Source of the DNA: an uncultured Verrucomicrobiae bacterium
GTDB lineage: Bacteria > Verrucomicrobiota > Verrucomicrobiia > Chthoniobacterales > Chthoniobacteraceae
Length of the DNA stretch: 45,832 nt
NCBI GenBank assembly: GCA_963828525.1
Contig: CAWHEP010000015.1
Coordinates: 1-45,832, forward strand
Direction: 5' to 3'
Made by a program: the position numbers and the translations under genes
Notes under the pieces: generated by a model
What the model was told of the DNA's origin: nothing
Databases searched by the model: none
Seen by the model: the letters and a program-made list of their open reading frames with translations, nothing else
In this document: piece by piece, positions 40,579 through 45,832 of the stretch
Position numbering within the stretch: position 1 is the stretch's first letter
How the letters are laid out: every line of letters begins with the position of its first letter

Positions 40579-40944
40579 GGCTCTGACGCGGCAGCGCAAC
40601 AGTGAATCTCGCTATACCTCGATGAATCAGAATCGCTCGTCAGTGGTGGCAAAATACGAGGTCATCGCTCTATAGTTCCCTCGCTCGTGATGATGATGAG
40701 CTTGTTCAGAAGCCATACTAGCTCCATGCGATGGGACAGTCAGACCGTTGCCGCCTTCTTCTACGTTTTCATTGTGGCTGTCGCCGCATTCCGCCGGGAC
40801 ATGGCTTCTACGCGCTCGCGCTGATCGATCTCGGAATTGGGGGGGGTAGCCGTCCTGCCGCGCGGACTGAACGCGTGTTGATTTTCATCTTCGTTGCCCT
40901 TAAAGCTTCCGCGTGAATGAAAGCGGACTCCTGAGATTCTGTCG

Positions 40945-42666
40945 ATGATCGGGGACGAGTACATCCAGATTCGAGCGCATCTGGGGACAGCCTTGTACGC
41001 GCTTTCGAAGCTCGCTCAGGATCTCAACGCTGCGTCCGAGACGCAGGACACCCTGCGCCAACTCGAAACGAGTCTGCGCGATCCGTTTCTGTTCGTTGTG
41101 ATCGGCGAGGTGAATGCCGGAAAGTCTTCCTTGCTGAACGCGCTGTTCGGGAAGCCGTTCGCCAAAGTGGACGTCCTCCCTACCACGGATAGGATCCATG
41201 TTTACAAGTTCGGGGATACCGAACGGGATATCAACCTTACGGAGCGGCTCGTGGAGTGCTACCGTCCCAACGTTTTTCTGCACGATTTCAACATCGTGGA
41301 CACCCCGGGCACGAATACGATCGTGGCGGAACATCAGGCGATCACGGAGCAATTTCTCCCTTTGGCCGACATGGTGTTCTTCGTATTCTCGGTGATGAAC
41401 CCATGGGCGCTCACCTCATGGGAGTTCCTGAAGCTGGTTTCGCGGAAATGGTTGAAAAACGTGATCTTCGTAATCCAGCAGTGTGATCTGCGCGACAAGA
41501 GCGAGGTCGCCACCATCCTGGAGCACGTGGATCAAACCGTGCGCGAAAGGCTTGGCCAACCGCGCCCGATCTTTGCGGTTTCGGCAAAGAAGGCGCTGCT
41601 CGCCAAGACCACCGGCACGGATAAAGCCGGACTTTTTTCCGAGAGCGGGTTCGAAGCCTTCGAAACGTACATCAACGACGTTGTGGCGAAAGGCGAGACG
41701 CGGCGAGGCAAGCTGCGTTCGGTATGCCAGAGCGCGCAGGTGGTCCTGCATGATCTCACCGAGCGGACCGAAGGGGCCTACTCCATCCTGAAGACGGACA
41801 TCGAGAAGCTCAGCAAGATCGATCTCGGCCTGCAGGATCGCAAAGGCCAGTCGCTCCGCCAGGTGGACGGAGTGCTCTACACGCTGTCGCAATCGTATCA
41901 GCGCGCCCAGAAGCGCGGAGAGGAATTGCTCGCGGAGAAGCTTTCCGTGATAGAGACCTTCAAAGCGATAGCGCGCCGCGCGAATTGGCAGAAGGAGTTC
42001 CAGGAGAGCATCGAGAGCAAACTGCAGGAGGCTATCCGCAGGCAGATCGAAAACTCGGTGGAACTCATGGAAAGCGATCTGCGCACGGTGTGGCAACAGC
42101 TTCACGAGTCACTCCAGCGCGACTTTGCCACGGAACTGCCCGCGCCGCCTGCTTTCCCGGATTTCATGCGCGAGCGGGAGCAGTTGTTGAAAAAGCTGGA
42201 ACTCACGCTGCTCGAGAAGATGTCTAATGCCTCGGTGGAGCAGCAGTTGACCAAACTGTTCGCGGAAACGACAACTTGGCTGCGCCTGCCCGCTGGCATC
42301 ATGGCAGCAGGAGGCATCGCGACGGTGGTTGCGATTCTCGCCCACGCCGCAATCCTGGACGTCACGGGATCCATAGCAGGAGTCGCCGCCGTGCTGGGAA
42401 CGGGTCTCGCGATCTTCAAACGCCGACAAATCATTGACACGTTCAGGAAAGAAATGACCGACAAACGCGAGGAACTGCTGGCCCCTATCGGAGATCACCT
42501 GCGACATGCGATCGACCTCTTTTACCAGGACTTGCAGTCCACTTTTCAGCCGCTGCAAAACTTTTGCTCCGCGCAACGCCGGACATACGAGCCGATCCTC
42601 GCTCGCGCCAAGCAATTGAGCGACACACTCGGCAAGAGCTCCGCCGAGATCGGGGCCGAGAAGTAA
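40945..42666 (+). CDS. Bacterial dynamin-like GTPase
   Basis: G1 GEVNAGKSS, G2 PTT, G3 DTPG, VSAKKAL, a long helical region and a hydrophobic paddle (GIMAAGGIATVVAIL...AAVLGTGLAIF). Confidence 0.88.
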   Translation: MIGDEYIQIRAHLGTALYALSKLAQDLNAASETQDTLRQLETSLRDPFLFVVIGEVNAGKSSLLNALFGKPFAKVDVLPTTDRIHVYKFGDTERDINLTERLVECYRPNVFLHDFNIVDTPGTNTIVAEHQAITEQFLPLADMVFFVFSVMNPWALTSWEFLKLVSRKWLKNVIFVIQQCDLRDKSEVATILEHVDQTVRERLGQPRPIFAVSAKKALLAKTTGTDKAGLFSESGFEAFETYINDVVAKGETRRGKLRSVCQSAQVVLHDLTERTEGAYSILKTDIEKLSKIDLGLQDRKGQSLRQVDGVLYTLSQSYQRAQKRGEELLAEKLSVIETFKAIARRANWQKEFQESIESKLQEAIRRQIENSVELMESDLRTVWQQLHESLQRDFATELPAPPAFPDFMREREQLLKKLELTLLEKMSNASVEQQLTKLFAETTTWLRLPAGIMAAGGIATVVAILAHAAILDVTGSIAGVAAVLGTGLAIFKRRQIIDTFRKEMTDKREELLAPIGDHLRHAIDLFYQDLQSTFQPLQNFCSAQRRTYEPILARAKQLSDTLGKSSAEIGAEK

Positions 42667-42716
42667 CGCGCGGGAACCACTTGGACGCGCCTCCTCCTCC
42701 ACCAAACGTCGCGCCC

Positions 42717-43160
42717 ATGGGAAAACCGGGGTTTAGCCCTTTACGCTTCTGCCTGGCTACGGTTGCGCTTGTGCTCTGCGAGGTACTAACCGGCTGCGAG
42801 AGCCCCGTATCAAGTTCCGCTGGCGCTGCCCTTAAGACTGACCAATACATCGTCATTGCCGCCCGCACCCAGTTCTACCGGTATGGCCCAGCGCAGGGAA
42901 ACGGCCCCGATTTCGACCTTTCGGCGGGCCAACACTTGAAGATGTTGCAACGGGATTATGGATACAGTCGTGTGCAGATGGACGATGGGCGTGTCGGCTA
43001 CGTATCCACGAGGAGCCTGGGCGTCGCGCCTCCTGCACCCCTACCGAAACCCTCTCCATCTCCCAAACGCAGGACGCCATACTTGGCGAAACCAAATTAC
43101 CAATCGTCCAGTGATATGGGCCTGCCAATCGAGACTCCCGCGCCTAGTTTTCGCTACTGA
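42717..43160 (+). CDS. SH3-like domain lipoprotein
   Basis: Lipobox LTGC; 'FYRYGPAQ...L..GQ.L.ML...GYSRVQMDDGRVGYV'; Pro-rich tail. Confidence 0.65.
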   Translation: MGKPGFSPLRFCLATVALVLCEVLTGCESPVSSSAGAALKTDQYIVIAARTQFYRYGPAQGNGPDFDLSAGQHLKMLQRDYGYSRVQMDDGRVGYVSTRSLGVAPPAPLPKPSPSPKRRTPYLAKPNYQSSSDMGLPIETPAPSFRY

Positions 43161-43450
43161 TTGGTGATCGCTACATCCACAGAGATCGCGAGCGCGATAT
43201 CGGGCATGTGACTAAAGCTGTTTGGCCGATAACTAGGTTGGGTCAGACGGGAACCCGGCAGTCCGCGCTCTGGAAGTTCCGAAGGCCTGCGCGCGCCCAG
43301 AATTCCCCATCTGCAATTCGCTTGCGGCTGCGCCTGGAGTGGAGGATTCTTCCTCGCTCATAACTCAGCTGGATGAAGCGGTGTTCGCTGCGGGAGTAAA
43401 TTCAATCGCCGTGGAACCCATCGCCGAGAAACTGAAATCAAGCTTCAGGA

Positions 43451-43666
43451 ATGTGGGAAACTTTTGCGGAAAAACTACGGCTGCACGGGGCCGATCATCC
43501 CGTAAACGATGTGACGGAAACCAGCTTCGGTGCGCGCTATACCGTGGACGGGCACATTATCACCCCCGACGGGCGCAATCCGAACATCCGCACCGTCTGG
43601 CAGATGGATCATGGCGAGCTTGCCCCGCGCCTGATTACCGCTTACCCTCTTGAGGAGCGACCATGA
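43451..43666 (+). pseudogene. DUF6883-like toxin domain, N-terminally truncated
   Basis: 'FGARYTVDGHIITPDGRNPNIRTVWQMD....PRLITAYP'. The usual N-terminal part (KL..Y.L...HP.G..KA.FF) is not found upstream. Confidence 0.7.
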
Positions 43667-43893
43667 TCAAAGAACACGACTGCATTGTTTTGACGGTCGA
43701 TTTGGCTGCTGAGAGATTGGCAGCGGGCGACATCGGAACTGTCGTGCATGTTCACAAGGGCGGCGATGGGTACGAAGTCGAGTTCATGACTCTTTACGGC
43801 CAGACCGTTGCTGTTTCCACGTTGCTGGCGAATCAAGTCCGTCCGATTGCCCGCCGGGAGATTGCCCACGTCCGATCCCTTGCGGCGGCGTAA
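43663..43893 (+). CDS. DUF4926 domain protein (immunity/antitoxin-like)
   Basis: MIKEHDCIVLTVDL...LAAGDIGTVVHVH...YEVEF; ATGA overlap with the upstream gene. Confidence 0.85.
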   Translation: MIKEHDCIVLTVDLAAERLAAGDIGTVVHVHKGGDGYEVEFMTLYGQTVAVSTLLANQVRPIARREIAHVRSLAAA

Positions 43894-44254
43894 GGCGCCT
43901 ATTTCTTTGCGCCGATAGGGAATCTCTTGCAACTGCGGCGGGAGTGATTTCTACAGTGAGTAACATTCGTTTTGTGTTTCAGCATTTCAACGCAGGACGG
44001 CGGCGTCGTCGCCGGTCAGGGCGAGCAAGCGTTCGTGGTCGATCGGATCGCGGCGACACGGTTTACGAGGACTGAGCACGGCTACCTTGGTTGAAAGGAG
44101 TTGTCTGGAAGCTGAAACCGGCCGTAATTCCGGAAAGCTGATGCTACGGAGCGGGGGTCGCCTTGTATGTGGAGTGCTGGTGGAGCGGCGTAGGGTTTTC
44201 TGGACTATCTGAACCAGACGCATCGGGCCAAAATGGAGATCAGCGTGTGAAAGG

Positions 44255-45832
44255 GTGGATCACATCAACATGACGGACGTCGCCGTACCGGAGCCCTTTG
44301 ATTGCCAGCGCGAGCCGATGCTTGACCGGCTCCGGGCCAGTGAAGCGCGGTTGCGCGCCATCTTTGAGCATGCGGGCATCGGCATCGGCATCGTCGACGT
44401 GGACAGCGGCCGCATCGTGCTGTGCAACGCCGCGCTGGCCACCATGCTGGGTTATAGGGCCGATGAGCTGGCAGCGCTCACTGTGGAGGCGATCAGCGAG
44501 CCGCAAGACTACCAGGCCGACCACGCCCAGTGGGCCAGCCTGATGGCAGGGGAGAAGGATCGCTACCAGATGGAAAAGCGCTTCCTGCGGGCCGACGGCA
44601 GCACGATGTTCGGCAAGATGACCGTGAGCATCGTCCGCGAAGAGGACAGGAAGCCGCGTTCATCATCGGGATGGTGGAGGACCTTGGCGAGGTGAAGCGT
44701 TCCCAGCGCGAGGCCCGGCAGCTGGCAGAACTGTTTGCACTGACGATGGAGAGCATTTCCGACGGATTCGTCACGCTGGACCGTGAATGGCGCGTAGCGT
44801 ACATGAATGCGGCAAGCGCGCGGATGTTCCAGGGCGAGCGCAGCGCGGTCCTCGGCAACAGCTTCTGGGACCAGTTCGCGTTTCTCAAGGGCACCTCCAT
44901 CGAGCGCGAGCTGCGGCGTGCGGCCGAGACCAAGCAGGCGGTGCAGCTGAGCCAGTTCTTTGCGCCGTGCCAGCGCTGGCTGGAGATGAGGGCCTATCCA
45001 TCCGAGGAAGGATTGGCGGTCTATTTCTGCGATGTGGGGCCGGCCAAGGCTTCCGCGCTGGCCAACGCGCGCACATGGCGGCCATCGTCAACTCTTCCCG
45101 AAGATGCAATCATCACCGTCGACCTGGGCGACTGGATCCAGGGCTGGAATGCAAGCGCGCAGAGAATCTTCGGCCATTCCGAGAGCGAAATGCTGGGCCA
45201 GCCGCTGACCACGATCATTCCTCCAGAGCGATGGAGGGAGCACTGGGAAATCCTCGCCAAGGTACGCCGCGGCGAGCGGCTCAGCCATTTCGAGACCATG
45301 CGCCGCGGAAAGGGCGGCCGTGACATCGGCGTATCGATCAGCGTCTCGCCGATCCAGGGACGAGTCCGGCGCGGTCACCGGCTGCTCCGCAGATGATCAG
45401 GGACATCACCGAACGCATCCAGGCGGAGGAAGACAAGCGCCAGGCGCTGGTGCGGATGCGGCAGCTGTCCCAGGGGCTCATGGGCGCCGGTCGAGGACGA
45501 GCGGCGGCGTTGGCCGCGACCTGCATGACCGGACCGGCTCCAACTTGGGGGCGCTGCTGATGAACCATGAAATCCTGCGCATGAAGCTGCCGCCCGCGCT
45601 TCAGAAGGAGCTGGCCCCCTACCTGGAGGACTGCACTGCCTTGCTCAAGGAGACGTTCCAGCATGTGCGCGACGTGCTCGAGGAGCTGCGCCCGCCCGCG
45701 CTCGAAGAGTTGGGTCTGCTGGCTGCCTTGCGCCACCACGGCACGCTGCTGGCGCGGCGCAGCGGCCTGCAGGTGCAGGTGGAGGGGCCCGAACCGCGGC
45801 CGCGGCTTTCGCCCGATGAGGAGATCGGCTTG
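44255..45832 (+). CDS. Multi-PAS sensor histidine kinase (HisKA_3/NarX-like), multiply frameshifted, runs off the window
   Basis: Three PAS/PAC domains (SEARLRAIFEHAGIGI...EKRFLRADG; ESISDGFVTLDREW..YMNAA; DAIITVDL...WNASAQRIFG). The HisKA_3 motif EDERR/LARDLHD.TG..L is near 45495-45560, followed by ELRPPALEELGL. Confidence 0.8.

Noticed and set aside
40600..40940. Possible degraded small membrane protein between hpnH and the dynamin gene
   Set aside because: Hydrophobic fragments in shifting frames, but no family recognisable.

Overview
Roughly 60% GC chromosomal segment that includes the dnaA-dnaN locus. The gene content resembles Verrucomicrobiota (Chthoniobacterales-like), but this taxonomic call is inference only. 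Scattered 1-nt frameshifts in housekeeping-type genes suggest an imperfectly polished long-read assembly. The first ~12.3 kb is an accessory region: an Rhs toxin/immunity remnant whose 5' end is fused in frame to the N-terminus of a type I restriction HsdR, a PL4 rhamnogalacturonan lyase, a broken RelE toxin with intact antitoxin, a GH2 hydrolase, a Fic/DUF4172 gene flanked by direct repeats, and a twin-domain aspartyl protease. Every intergenic gap from 2.3 to 12.3 kb carries a co-oriented copy of one or both of two palindromic REP-like repeats. The remainder is mostly core genes: polysaccharide export trio, cyclophilin, ygfZ, tRNA-Leu(CAG), dnaN, dnaA, SSS transporter, argA, mfd, DUF72, Tat-exported MBL hydrolase, TolC-MacAB-like efflux, UbiD-family decarboxylase, hpnH, dynamin-like GTPase and an SH3 lipoprotein. 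These are interrupted by small, often decayed defence/TA cassettes (DUF1016, AbiEii-like pair, DUF6883/DUF4926) and a TauD/GT2 head-on deletion scar. The window ends in a GC-richer PAS histidine kinase. All family calls come from motif recognition by eye; no database searches were run.
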